A stretch of DNA of 63,327 nt, the filler included, from Octopus bimaculoides (lineage: Eukaryota): assembly GCF_001194135.2 (NCBI RefSeq). It is 3 parts of 2 records of this genome, joined end to end, with 100 filler letters (N's around TTAATTAATTAA, not from the genome) between each part and the next. Parts side by side here need not be neighbours in the genome. Positions count along the whole stretch, not along the records: positions 1 to 20,845 come from NC_068983.1; 2 more parts are not named here. One strand, 5' to 3'. Below the pieces are notes generated by a model. The model had not been told where the DNA came from. It made no database searches and was given only the letters and a program-made list of their open reading frames with translations. Positions 1 to 12,459 of this stretch are shown here, one piece after another; positions within the stretch are counted from its first letter, which is position 1, and each line of letters starts with the position of its first letter. Both the position numbers and the translations under genes were made by a program.

Positions 1-39
<39 letters not shown>

Positions 40-574
40 CTTTTGGCAGTGCGGGAAGAGGTGGCTTACATATCTGGTCCAAATAAATGAGTGTCCAGAC
101 AAATTCGTAGCAAATAATATCGTGAGCTTAGGTCACCCTTGGAGTAAAACAGAACTATGTCCTTGCTTCAGTGCTATTTGTATTGTTTGTTGATGGTGTG
201 CTTGAAAAAATGGACAGTTTTTCAACATATCTTCACTAAGATCATTCAAAATGTGTAGAGGCCCCGGGAACCCGGCTCCCTTTATTGATCTAGTTTATGT
301 TGAGTTCGTAAAAGATGTTATAAAGCAATGTTGATATTGATGTATTTAGATAATTATGAAAATATCTCCGGTCATATAAGTTTTATTCTTTTTCAAAGCA
401 CTGTTATTTATCATGATATAGATTAAATTTATTGTTATTTGTACAATTTCATTAAAAAAGCAATAAAAATTTTGTCCTGTTTTATTGTGTCCCTTACGTC
501 AACCGTTAATATATTTATTTCTCTTCGTCTATGAATAAATACTCTTGTGAAAGCGATTTATGGTAATAAAAGCT

Positions 575-1915
575 GATTTCTCTTATACTCAGTTTTTCTT
601 CTCCTCTTGTGCATCTACAGTTTACATTCGGTACACAGTGCAGAATTCCTACCAAATCCTGTTCCACTATTCTAAGTAAAGCTACTTCCTAGATAGTAGC
701 AGAAACATTCCATTTTTCCTGAAAACTAAAACTACGTTTTTGCTTTATTTGCCTTGAGGCCTCGCAATTCTAGGCTTCACTTCTCGGATTAGAATTTCTT
801 CTCCAATTCTTTAACAAATTCTGCTATGAAAATTAATCTTCTTTGTCAGGCATGGAGGGGTCAGAACTGAGTTGTGATAAGCTCCTGCCTCCATGCTAAA
901 TTCTTCCCTACACTGAATGTTTCTTATTACCTTATTTTGCTGATAGCAACGCTGTACATAACTTGCACAGACCTTTCAAACAATTCAAGTGCACCTAGTT
1001 TTCTTAGCAACCACCAGCTTCGAACTCTATCAAAGGCCTTCACTACACTGATGAATAATAAGTACAGAGACTTCCACTTAGCAAAGAACATTCTTTATAT
1101 TTGTCCCACGGATCTCTTCAGTTTCATTCGCAGATTCTTTAAATTATGTTTTTTTTTTAACTAAACAGTTTGAAGCTTCGAGTAATGATGCAATTTCTCA
1201 CGCTGAACACGGTTTACTTTCAACATTTTTGACAAAATTTCGTATTTTAGAAGTTACTTCGTGTCCTCGTATTTGGGTACTTTTAACCAATCAACGACGT
1301 GTATTCAGTTGAAGAAACCTACTGCTGTTAGCGATAGTAATCAAAGAGCAACAACTTTCAGGTCATCTCTACTAAATGTATTTTTCAGCTACGTGTAGAT
1401 TATAGAGATGACCCGGAAATTGTTGCTCTTCGATTACTATCGCAAACAGCAGTAGGTTTTTTTCAGCTGAATACACATCGTTGATTGGTTAAAGTTACCC
1501 AAATACGACAACTTCAATATGAAATAACTTCTGAAATACGAAATTTCGTCAAAAATATTGAAAGTAAACCGTATTCAGCGTGAGAAATTACACCAGTGTA
1601 CGAAGTTTCAAACTATTTAGTTAAAAGAAAAAATAATTAAAAAAATCTGTGAGCCAAAGTGAAGAGATCCTGTGCCACCCGAAAGAAGGCATTGCTAGAA
1701 CCTTGTATTGTACAGCCCTACACTGTACCTCACCTAAGCTAATTCTCTTCCTAATAAACTATACTTGTACTATGATTCATTACAGTTGTTATATATATTT
1801 TTCTGTTACTTTCATGACCTGGTCCATCAATTTAATACCTCTGTTATAATCCCTTCCGAGAGCGTTTACTCCGTCTTTGTAGCATCTAATGATAGACATA
1901 CCACTATAATGGTAT
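575..1915 (-). mobile_element. Degraded RTE-type LINE reverse transcriptase relic, interrupted by a fold-back MITE (1107-1674)
   Basis: Minus-strand fragments with stops and frameshifts: IIRCYKDG..RGIKLMDQVMKVTE, SLYLLFISVVKAFDRV..WW..RKLG, GAYHNSVLTP (GVHQGSVLSP-like), LELRGLK.N.AKT, GRNS..C.ECKL.HKR. The order matches RTE ORF2. Confidence 0.85.
1107..1674. mobile_element. 568-bp fully palindromic MITE with CAC...GTG termini and 2-bp CC target duplication (CMC/CACTA-like)
   Basis: Arms 1107-1371 and 1403-1674 are imperfect reverse complements along their length (cacggatctcttca / tgaagagatcctgtg; ggtcatctcta / tagagatgacc) with a 31-nt loop. CC flanks both ends. Confidence 0.8.
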
Positions 1916-2363
1916 GTCTATCATTAGATGTGACACGTTTATGCATTGGTTTGCGAGATAAATTCGTTTTTTTTTTTCCTTGTGTCTCTTCTCTGCTTGA
2001 TGCTCCATCGTCATATGTCTGAAAAAAGGTAAAACGTATTTAAATTTCAAAAGCAATAAGTAAAAAAAAAAAAAAAAATATTGAAGACGGATAGAGTTAA
2101 AAGAAAACAAAACAATACGATAAAAGTATTTTTGTGTGAATTCAAATAACACAAAAATGAAAATTTAAAAGAATGGAAAAAGAAAAACGAACGAATTAAT
2201 CTGACAACCTGATACTATTACACTCAGTTTATAACTTGCATGTGTCTCACCACAATGTTTTCAGCGTCTAAGTGACTAACTCTGATGGTCCAGCTGCTTT
2301 TTCTGCTTCGTACATATAGCAATCAGCTTCAAAAGCTGGTGCCTCTGTTAGGTTTACTTAACT

Positions 2364-2471
<108 letters not shown>

Positions 2472-2649
2472 CATGTTCTTCTTTATGCAGAAAGATCAGT
2501 AACATTTCAGTACCATTTTTTTTCTCAGCTTTTGTGAGAAGTGTACCACCGTTACTCTAAGCATTATTTTAATCAACATCTTGATTCGCAACGCGCGCGA
2601 ACACACACACACACACACACACACACATTACTACCAATCTCACCAACGT

Positions 2650-3120
2650 TTTTACCAGGATATACAGTCCAAAAAGTAATACTTTAACATTATCCTTGTG
2701 GGAGATTGCATTTCACAGAACACGCCCTGGTTTTCAAATAACACCGACAGCAGATGATCTAACAATATTGTTACTACTAAACCCCGCTTTACATCCTAAA
2801 CAATAAACACCTCATCGAGCCAACCACACTGAATATCACCGACTGCACCATGCATTTAACTGCTACAACAACATCACAAGCAGCTCCCCCACCGATCTCT
2901 TCAGACCACTCGTCAATTATCAGGATACCTCTACCAATGATAGAAGTGGCTTATATGATCTTCAAAACAAAACAAAACAAAGAAAAAAGCCTAGTGGAAG
3001 GACTTCCAATAAGAAACAGAATTAAAGTTTCCAAAATTCATCATCACAACTACCAACATAGATTCTGCACAACATACTTTCAGCAATACAATTATAGTCG
3101 TATCCAAACATATCTCACAA
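2650..3120 (+). mobile_element. LINE apurinic-endonuclease domain relic
   Basis: IILVGDC..NTPWFSNNTDSR (GDFN-motif region), PISSDHSSII (SDH motif) and KA*WKDF downstream. Stops and frameshifts present. Confidence 0.6.
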
Positions 3121-3121
3121 G

Positions 3122-3191
<70 letters not shown>

Positions 3192-3194
3192 AAT

Positions 3195-3378
3195 ATATAG
3201 TTTTAGGGAAAAGAACCAAGGTTCATGAACTCATCGATGAAAATCCAATGTCACATGTTCTTTTCCCTAAAACTATATATTTATATATATTTTATACTGT
3301 GAAACTTAATTTAATTTTAATTTTTAATAAATTGATTTTAATTGAGTTTTTACCTGTAATTTTGGATTTTATCCCTAA
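3195..3378. mobile_element. Probable Penelope-like terminal-repeat fragment with a short inverted duplication
   Basis: Hairpin atatagttttagggaaaagaac / gttcttttccctaaaactatat. The right end resembles the PLE terminus at about 45630 (tattaggga.taaa...ttacaggt). Confidence 0.45.
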
Positions 3379-3628
3379 TANNNNNNNNNNNNNNNNNNNN
3401 NNNNNNNNNNNNNNNNNNNNNNNNNNNNNNNNNNNNNNNNNNNNNNNNNNNNNNNNNNNNNNNNNNNNNNNNNNNNNNNNNNNNNNNNNNNNNNNNNNNN
3501 NNNNNNNNNNNNNNNNNNNNNNNNNNNNNNNNNNNNNNNNNNNNNNNNNNNNNNNNNNNNNNNNNNNNNNNNNNNNNNNNNNNNNNNNNNNNNNATATAT
3601 GTATGTGTGTGTGTGTGTGTGTGTGTGT

Positions 3629-4205
3629 TATTAATCATGATATAAGTTAAATTTATTGCTATTTGTACAATTTCATTAAAAAAAAAAAAAAGAAATTTTG
3701 TCCTGATTTATTGTGCCCCTTACATCAACTGTTGATATATTTATGCTCCTAAATTCCACCGAGGTCGATTCAAATTTCGCCGAGGTCGACTTTCCCTTTC
3801 ATCCTTCCGAGGTCGATAAATTAAGTACCAGTTACGCACCGGAGTCGATCTAATCGACTGGCCCCCTGCCCAAAAATTTCGGGCCTTGTGCCTAGAGTAG
3901 AAAATAATATATTTACTGCTCCCCGTCTTTGATAATAGATGCTGATTTCTCTTACACTCAATTTTTCTGCTCCTCTTGTGTATCTACAGTTTACATTCGG
4001 GACACAGTACAGAATTCCTGTCAAATCCTGTTCCACCATTCTGAGCAAAGTCACATTGTGGATAGTAGCAGAAACGCGCCATTTTTCCTGCAAACTAAAA
4101 TCACGTTTTTGCTGTATTTACTTTGAGGCCTCGCAATTCTAGGCTTTACTTCTAGGATTAGAATTTCTTCTCCAATTCTTTAAGATATTCTATGAAAATT
4201 TCTTT
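3629..4205 (-). repeat. Diverged second copy of 407-835 (unique flank plus RTE fragment) with a SINE inserted at about 3751-3905
   Basis: Co-linear similarity, e.g. tttgtacaatttcattaaaa...atctacagtttacattcgg...gaggcctcgcaattctaggc...attagaatttcttctccaattc in both copies. Confidence 0.8.
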
Positions 4206-4580
4206 ATCAAAATACAGAGAATACCGGAGATATTTTCATAGCTATCTAAGAAAAAACTGTTTGCCGTGTCCAAGAAATTTTGTAGGTCTTATTAAGTTCA
4301 CTTACGGCGAGGACTGAAAAAATGAAAAAAAACAACTCTTTCACCTGAAGAACATGTCCGAAATGTCAGATATATGTAATCTTTGCCGGTAAACAAATTT
4401 ACTGTCACCTTCCAGCTCTTTTGGACTTTATTAACAATGGTTATGTTATGAATTTCATTAGCTTACAGCTGTTCCTGCTATAAAATGTAATGAACTCGTA
4501 GTTGAGTGCCTGAATAAAGTCCTGTACCTTTACCAGGGCCTCGAATATGAAGTGCAATATCTCTTCTTCTCATTACCGCT

Positions 4581-4836
4581 TTATATTCCAGTTCTATATT
4601 TAAGAGATGAGGAATTATGTACGTTATTTACATTATTTACATTTGACGGATATTTGTCCTCATCTTATTTGTTAACAAAACGTTTCGGCTGATGTACCCT
4701 CTAGCCTTCATCAGGTATCTTGGGAAAATTTCTCCAAGACAGCTGATGAAAGCTGGAGGGTATATCAGCCGAAAAGTTGTGTTAACAACAAATAAGATGA
4801 GGACAAATATCCGTCAAATGTAAATAATGTAAATAA
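4581..4836. mobile_element. Penelope-like pseudo-LTR fragment duplicated as a head-to-head inverted repeat
   Basis: Arms 4624-4723 and 4734-4836 are reverse complements and each carries a CTGATGA...GAAA hammerhead core. A fragment of the same terminus recurs at about 56503-56530. Confidence 0.75.
4670..4782. ncRNA. Two degenerate minimal type I hammerhead ribozyme motifs, one per strand
   Basis: Minus: GATAC-CTGATGA-A-GGCT..AGCC-GAAAC-GTT-TTGTT. Plus: GACAG-CTGATGA-A-AGCTG..CAGCC-GAAAA-GTT-GTGTT. Each copy has lesions in helix I or III. Confidence 0.7.
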
Positions 4837-4939
4837 TGCTTTATACTCATCTAACACTTTGGTCTGAAATATACGTATATTGAATTCTATTCCAGGTTAT
4901 TAGTCACGCAATGTCTCAGCGAAATATATGTATCTTTTT

Positions 4940-5141
4940 TATCTTTTATCTTTTACCTGTTTCAGTCATTAAACTGCGGCCATGCTGGGGCAACGCCTTG
5001 AATTTTTTAGTCGAATGAATCGACCCCAGTACTTATTTTTTAAGCCTGGTACTTCTCTTTCGCCGAACCACTAAGTTACGGGGGATGTGAACACACCCAC
5101 ACCGGTTGTCAAGTACTGATGGGGTGGGGAGCCAAACACAG

Positions 5142-5175
<34 letters not shown>

Positions 5176-5186
5176 CTATCTATCTA

Positions 5187-5222
<36 letters not shown>

Positions 5223-5376
5223 ACGGACTTTCAGTTTCCATCTACCAAATCCACTCACAAGGCTTTGGTCAACCCGAGGCTATAGTAGAAGACACTTGCC
5301 CAAGGCACCACGCTGTGAGACTGAACTCTGGATCATGTTGTTGGCATGCAAGCTTCTTACTATACGGCCACTCCTA
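4940..5376 (-). mobile_element. tRNA-derived SINE family A, with internal CA/TA microsatellite
   Basis: Head with A-box-like tggccgtatagt and B-box-like gttcagtc, body cctcgggttgaccaaagccttgtgagtggatttggtag, tail ccagcatggccgcagt..aatgactgaaac. Multiple copies in the window. Confidence 0.85.
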
Positions 5377-5380
5377 TATA

Positions 5381-6135
5381 ACTAGAAACGCACTCGGAGA
5401 GCGCAGACCTCCGACAAGCAGCTCATTTCCACCCATATACACGCATGCTGAAAATCGCCCAATTTCCCAAACCAACGCCGGTAAAACATAACCTCCTTGG
5501 CGGGGGTAAAAAAATAACACAGCCATATGATTAAAAAAAAAAAACCTCTAACCTTACCAAACTAAAACTACCTGCGTACTTTACATCCCTCTGTGGTCAG
5601 TATAGTATCAATCATCCCTCAAGGGTCCAGCAATAGTTATTACTACCACTGCCTCCTCCTCCTCCTCTGCTGCTGCTTTTTGGCAACCCTTTAATATGTT
5701 GGTGTCATTTAATTTCTGAACTGTTCCGCTACTGTTTGTTTATGTAGTTTGATCTCTTTATCCATTAGTTTCTAGTAAGATAGATACGCGAGTAAAATTA
5801 CTAATAGAGAAAGGAAAATAAAACTTTGGAAACAGCAACGCCACCATAGGTTACGTGAAAACCATGAACGTGTTTTCATGGGAGATAATCAAAGAACGTA
5901 ACGTTGTAATACTTCATGTAAAGTAAATATAACAAATGAAAAATCCTTCAAGAATCCATAACAATTCCCGGATCACTACCAAAATTTCATTATCTGTTCC
6001 TTGTGTCATTACCAACTTTTCCTGCAAGTTTCATCAAATACCGTTCGCAACTTTTTGAGTTATTTTGCACACAGACGGACAAACGGAGAAACCAACGTCG
6101 ATGAAAACATAACCTCCTTCTTTGGCGGGGGTAAT
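5381..6135 (+). mobile_element. Non-autonomous Helentron/HINE-like pieces (5381-5508 and about 5930-6135)
   Basis: 5' actagaaacgcactcggagagcgcagacctccg. Both pieces end in aaaacataacctcctt..ggcgggggtaa, a terminal stem-loop inverted relative to cctccg. Family assignment is from recall. Confidence 0.5.
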
Positions 6136-6378
6136 AACAGGAACTTTGGACGGAAATTCGTAAATTTTTTAAAGGATTTAAGAATTTCCATCTAAAGTTC
6201 CTGTTATTACCATATTCATCCTACGCTATAACGGCACCAGTCTAATAACCTTCCCATAAATATATTCTGAAACAGGGCAATGATAAGCGGTAACCGAAAT
6301 AAATAGCGTAAGAGCTTTTATGAGCATAGTCAAAACGTTTCACATAAACGGACTTAAAAGATATCTATTCAACTATTA

Positions 6379-6410
<32 letters not shown>

Positions 6411-7198
6411 NNNNNNNNNNNNNNNNNNNNNNNNNNNNNNNNNNNNNNNNNNNNNNNNNNNNNNNNNNNNNNNNNNNNNNNNNNNNNNNNNNNNNNNNNN
6501 NNNNNNNNNNNNNNNNNNNNNNNNNNNNNNNNNNNNNNNNNNNNNNNNNNNNNNNNNNNNNNNNNNNNNNNNNNNNNNNNNNNNNNNNNNNNNNNNNNNN
6601 NNNNNNNNNNNNNNNNNNNNNNNNNNNNNNNNNNNNNNNNNNNNNNNNNNNNNNNNNNNNNNNNNNNNNNNNNNNNNNNNNNNNNNNNNNNNNNNNNNNN
6701 NNNNNNNNNNNNNNNNNNNNNNNNNNNNNNNNNNNNNNNNNNNNNNNNNNNNNNNNNNNNNNNNNNNNNNNNNNNNNNNNNNNNNNNNNNNNNNNNNNNN
6801 NNNNNNNNNNNNNNNNNNNNNNNNNNNNNNNNNNNNNNNNNNNNNNNNNNNNNNNNNNNNNNNNNNNNNNNNNNNNNNNNNNNNNNNNNNNNNNNNNNNN
6901 NNNNNNNNNNNNNNNNNNNNNNNNNNNNNNNNNNNNNNNNNNNNNNNNNNNNNNNNNNNNNNNNNNNNNNNNNNNNNNNNNNNNNNNNNNNNNNNNNNNN
7001 NNNNNNNNNNNNNNNNNNNNNNNNNNNNNNNNNNNNNNNNNNNNNNNNNNNNNNNNNNNNNNNNNNNNNNNNNNNNNNNNNNNNNNNNNNNNNNNNNNNN
7101 NNNNNNNNNNNNNNNNNNNNNNNNNNNNNNNNNNNNNNNNNNNNNNNNNNNNNNNNNNNNNNNNNNNNNNNNNNNNNNNNNNNNNNNNNNNNNNNACC

Positions 7199-7608
7199 AT
7201 GATGCAATTCACTCTGTCCGAAATTTGGAAACGATATGCTGTACTGCTTGGCATTCGTGCCGGAAGCTCCAATACGAACATTTCAGAGCGTTTGGATGCC
7301 AGACTCAGGACAGTGCAGAGGATTCAGAAAGAATTGGATGAGTCTATTGAGGATTACAAAGGTACGGCAGCTCAGAAAATTCACTCTGATCATTCTGATG
7401 AGAAAAGAACTCCTGAATTTGTTGGTGAGATCCAGGCCATGATTGACAACGATCCCTCCAAGTCAATCAGGTCCAGTGTCAGGGACATGGGAGAGCCTCA
7501 GTTTCTTATCAGGCAGGTAGTGCATGAAGGTATTCGGTATTCCTCATACAAAATGAGAAAGGGCCAATTTTTACCCTAAGCCATCAAGTACAAGACGAAA
7601 GACCGCAC
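7199..7608 (+). mobile_element. Tc1/mariner superfamily (maT/DD37D-like) transposase N-terminal relic with terminal remnant
   Basis: KRYAVLLGIRAG...KRTPEFVGEIQAMIDNDPSKSIRS..VVHEGIRYSSYKMRKGQFL (HTH region) with an in-frame stop. Ends caccctg|ta (inverse of TA-CAGGGTG). Confidence 0.8.
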
Positions 7609-7612
7609 CCTG

Positions 7613-7650
<38 letters not shown>

Positions 7651-7930
7651 CGCATGCACACACACCTACACACACACACACACACACGCAGGCTAATGTA
7701 AACAAGGTGTCTATATACAATATCTTTGCACCAACAACAGTTGATTCAATCGACTTACAATATATTATTGTGACTTAGTTCACTGACATCGAGGAGGATG
7801 GACGCCAAAAATCAATTCCAGCGGGATTTGGACTCAGAATGTAAAAAGGCGTTTATTAAACATCGCAATACATTTAAATACACGACTGGCAATACAAGCC
7901 TTCAGTCACATGTTTGTTTATTTATTTATT

Positions 7931-8135
7931 TACTCTTTTATTTGTCTCAGTCATTTGACTGCGGCCATGTTGGAGCACCGCCTTTAGTCAAACAGATCGA
8001 CTCCAGGACTTATTCTTCGTAAGCCTAGCACTTATTCTATCGGGTCTCTTTTGCCGAACTGCTAAGTTACGGGGTACGTAAACACACCAACATCGGTTGT
8101 CAAGCGATGGTGGGGAGACAAACACACACACACAA

Positions 8136-8202
<67 letters not shown>

Positions 8203-8334
8203 CGACAGGCTTCTTTCAGTTTCCTTTTACCAAATGCACTCACAAGGCTTTGGTCGGCCCGAGGTGCCACGCAATAGGACTGAACCTGGAACCATGTGGT
8301 TGGTAAGCAAGCAACTTACCACACAGCTACGCCT
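7931..8334 (-). mobile_element. SINE family A
   Basis: Same head, body and tail as 4940-5376, with an internal deletion. Confidence 0.85.
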
Positions 8335-8449
8335 ATTTATTTATTTATTTGTTGTATTAGAATAATTTCCATACATTAGTACAAAGTGAAAAATTTGAGG
8401 AGAGAGGCTTTGTTAAGTAAATCTACCCCCAATTAGCACTGGATTATTT

Positions 8450-8803
8450 GTTAAGCAAAATAAGCACGTGTTTAGGAAGCAGGGACACCACAGAAATGGC
8501 AAACGGTTTACGGCACAAAAGAAATCCTTTTAAACTTTCTAAAATAATATTCGGGATGCCTTTATCTCTGCTAAGTATAGGAGCAGATGTAATACGTAAA
8601 ATTACTTTCGAGGATCTGATCGAAGGCTTTGCAATTAAAAGAAACCGGAGAAAATTTTTCAAATATACAAAAATAAACCTTATTGTCCCAAGCAGTTAGT
8701 TTTGTTTCATTTTGAAAAATAAAAAATTATTTTATGGTTTATTATTGTTTATATTTTATTACATACATTTGGGGACACCAAAATCTTTTAAGTGCTGCCT
8801 GAA
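8450..8803 (+). mobile_element. hAT transposase C-terminal (dimerisation domain end) relic
   Basis: LSLLSIGADVIRKITFEDLIEGFAIKRNRRK resembles the LALLSIE...FEDLI.DFA.KK.RK end of hAT transposases. Followed by an AT-rich 3' region ending gctgcctg. Confidence 0.55.
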
Positions 8804-8815
8804 AAACTTGACTGT

Positions 8816-9132
8816 TTTTTATTTTATTTATGCGCCCTTTCAAAGCCTAGTCAAGCTCATGGGCCCGGTTTCCCGGTTTCTATGGCGTATGTGTTCCCCT
8901 CCAGCTGGACGGGACGCCATTCCATCGCGGCGTTACTCAAGAAACAGGAAAAAAGAATGAGAGAAAGTTGGGGCGAAAGAGTACAATAGGGGTCACCACC
9001 ACCCCCTGCCGGAGCTTCGTAGGGCTTTTAGGTGTTTTCGCTCAATAAACACAACACCCAGTCTGGAAATCGAAACTGCGATGCTCCGACCGCGAGTCCG
9101 CTGCCATAACCACTGGGCCATTGCGCCTCTAC
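8816..9132 (-). mobile_element. Full-length tRNA-derived SINE family B2 with 12-bp target-site duplication
   Basis: A box tggcccagtgg, B box gtttcgatttcc. aaacttgactgt occurs at 8804-8815 and 9133-9144. Confidence 0.9.
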
Positions 9133-9820
9133 AAACTTGACTGTACTGGCTTTTTTTTTATCGAACATGGAGGAAGTTGAAAGAGAAAATCGACTTAGAC
9201 ATTATTCGAACTCAGAAAGTACAGATCCAGAACAAACACCATGAGGCCTGTATCAATTCCATTAATTCACCATCCTTCAGTATTAAAATGATCGTTTCAA
9301 ATTCTAGCAAAAGGGCAGTACTTTTGAGTAGTGGTGGTGCTGAGGCAAGCTGGTTACATCGGTTCTAATACTTGACTGGTATTTATTTTATCGACTCGAT
9401 ATTTGCTGGTACTTATTTAACCACCCCACAAAGGATAAAAGGCAAACATTGATTTCAAAAAGATTTGAAATCAGAAAGTAAGAATCCGTAACGAAGACCG
9501 TAAGGCCTTTACCAGTTTTGCCAATACATCGCCCTACTCTATTGAAATAATTCTTTAATTTTGGTATAAAACCAGCAGTTTTTAGAGCGTGGAGGGAGGA
9601 GTCGATTGCATAGACCCCCAATACACGATTCGTATTTATTTTACCGACCCTGAGAAGATAGAATTCTAGAAGATAAGAATTTATGTGGAAGAAAGATTGG
9701 AAACAATTTCTCTTGCTTGGTGTTTAGGAAACGAAAGTTAAAATGGATGAAGAAGAGGGCGGCGAAAGCGTGAGACTGGTATATAACTTCTGAAGAGAAG
9801 GTGTCATCGTAGATGAGAAG

Positions 9821-9854
<34 letters not shown>

Positions 9855-11744
9855 GATTGACAGGAACAAGTTATCAGTGCTCAATGATGGGGTTGATTTT
9901 TTTAACAATAAGCCAGATGACCTTTTGGAGGCGAAAACAATTAGAATGTTTGTACGCAACAATTAAGCTTTGTAGAAGACCAGCAATTTACGATTTCTTT
10001 TTTGTTCACCCCTTTGGCATTTGAGACGTTTGGAGGAGCTAGGACGCTAACTACAAAGTCTCTGACTTCTTCGGCATCTGGTCTTGACTAAAATNNNNNN
10101 NNNNNNNNNNNNNNNNNNNNNNNNNNNNNNNNNNNNNNNNNNNNNNNNNNNNNNNNNNNNNNNNNNNNNNNNNNNNNNNNNNNNNNNNNNNNNNNNNNNN
10201 NNNNNNNNNNNNNNNNNNNNNNNNNNNNNNNNNNNNNNNNNNNNNNNNNNNNNNNNNNNNNNNNNNNNNNNNNNNNNNNNNNNNNNNNNNNNNNNNNNNN
10301 NNNNNNNNNNNNNNNNNNNNNNNNNNNNNNNNNNNNNNNNNNNNNNNNNNNNNNNNNNNNNNNNNNNNNNNNNNNNNNNNNNNNNNNNATATATACACGC
10401 CAGCTTAATTTTATTCGTCCTTAGTCGAAAGACATCTGTTGTATTGTCCTGTTATTATTCCTACTGTATTTGTACTACTGTATTTGGGTAACATTGTTCA
10501 TTTTTTTCCGTCCTTGTTTTTGTATACATTCGCTGCTTTCTTCCAAGGAATGCTCTTAGCTTAGTTTTTCCTTGGGGCTGGCCAGATTGCAGCAATATCG
10601 AGAATAACTTGCCGAAATTGCAAAGATAATCTGGATCTCGACTGAAGAGAGAAAACTCCGAATGACCTGTCCGAGGAAGACGGGTATGTTTTCTCTGAGA
10701 AACGGTCAGCAAACATTCTTTTCCTCGCACATGAAATGTAGAAAGGAGAATGTTTAGATTACTCACAGTGAGGCATTGCAATATTTACTAGTTATACTTC
10801 AAGGTTGATTCTATCAACTAAACAGGAAACAAATTGACGTCGTAAAAAGAAGTTAATTATAAAAAACAAAGTTTTGTTTTCATTTTTCGATGTTTTCTTT
10901 TTTAGTTTGGGTGCGGTTAAAAGGAAAACTGACGCATATAAACCGTTTCGATTTCTTTTTTTTTTTTTTTTTTCAGCAAAACTAGATATTAGAACAGTTA
11001 GTAAACCTTTCCAGTTTAGAACTAAAAAAAATAATAATAACTGAGGAGCAACAAGAAGTCTGAAATATATCGAGTGAATAATTAATGAAACTTCAGTAGC
11101 AGACTACTTGCTGTTTGTGTGTCGAGTGTGAGGGGCTAAAATTAGTTTTAAACATGTAATGTTGATGTACCTATAGACTTTCTACTAACGTCTCTCAGTC
11201 ACATTTATCTTCATATTTTCAGTATCATAAGTTATTTCATCATGTGCAAACCAAGACTGATAGGTGATTATCTATGCACGAATATCGCGCGCATATAGCA
11301 TCTGGTGCTTAGAAAAATAAAATATGAATTTGATGCTGTGATTTCTGAAACCTTAATATTGGTTTAAATTGGAATAATTTATTCTAAATCTTTATGCTGG
11401 AGAAGGAATATCGTTGTGGTAGGTTTTGCAAAGTAACGAAACGTAAGATTAATGGATTTAAAATGTAATTTAACAATGTAGATGAAAATGTTGTGTTGAT
11501 ATTTTTAACGTTGTGAACATCACCGAACCGAATGGTACTATCCGTTTGGGTAGCTGATGATAGGAATGCACCTATGGTCAGCTCGATTATAGATTTTTTG
11601 TTTCTTAGTCTTATATATATATATATATATATAAATATATATAACAGATACAGGAATAATTTGTTTTTTATTCTCAAACGCGTGATAATGCTAATAAATA
11701 GCGTGATGAGGATAAATTATCCATTCCTTGCAGAAAAATACATT

Positions 11745-11815
11745 ACCGGCCAGCCTTGAGACGCGAACTCACATCGCTGTGATTACGCGTCAAGTGTTTT
11801 ACCATTAAGCTAAAC
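11745..11815 (-). mobile_element. tRNA-like SINE head (truncated by gap)
   Basis: tagcttaatggtaaaacacttgacgcgtaatcacagcgatgtgagttcgcgtc has A/B-box-like motifs but no complete cloverleaf. Confidence 0.45.
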
Positions 11816-12391
11816 NNNNNNNNNNNNNNNNNNNNNNNNNNNNNNNNNNNNNNNNNNNNNNNNNNNNNNNNNNNNNNNNNNNNNNNNNNNNNNNNNNNNN
11901 NNNNNNNNNNNNNNNNNNNNNNNNNNNNNNNNNNNNNNNNNNNNNNNNNNNNNNNNNNNNNNNNNNNNNNNNNNNNNNNNNNNNNNNNNNNNNNNNNNNN
12001 NNNNNNNNNNNNNNNNNNNNNNNNNNNNNNNNNNNNNNNNNNNNNNNNNNNNNNNNNNNNNNNNNNNNNNNNNNNNNNNNNNNNNNNNNNNNNNNNNNNN
12101 NNNNNNNNNNNNNNNNNNNNNNNNNNNNNNNNNNNNNNNNNNNNNNNNNNNNNNNNNNNNNNNNNNNNNNNNNNNNNNNNNNNNNNNNNNNNNNNNNNNN
12201 NNNNNNNNNNNNNNNNNNNNNNNNNNNNNNNNNNNNNNNNNNNNNNNNNNNNNNNNNNNNNNNNNNNNNNNNNNNNNNNNNNNNNNNNNNNNNNNNNNNN
12301 NNNNNNNNNNNNNNNNNNNNNNNNNNNNNNNNNNNNNNNNNNNNNNNNNACCTATGGTCAGCTCGATTATAGATTTTTTGTATCTTAGTCT

Positions 12392-12459
<68 letters not shown>

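Noticed and set aside
11386-11450. CTGGAGA...GAAACGTA hammerhead-like spacing
   Set aside because: The core is mutated and neither helix I nor helix II pairs in register.
12351-12420. Near-identical repeat of 11571-11630 across a gap; likewise 60244-60350 versus 59994-60110
   Set aside because: Gap-adjacent duplicates ending in microsatellites look like uncollapsed alleles or overlaps rather than tandem duplications.
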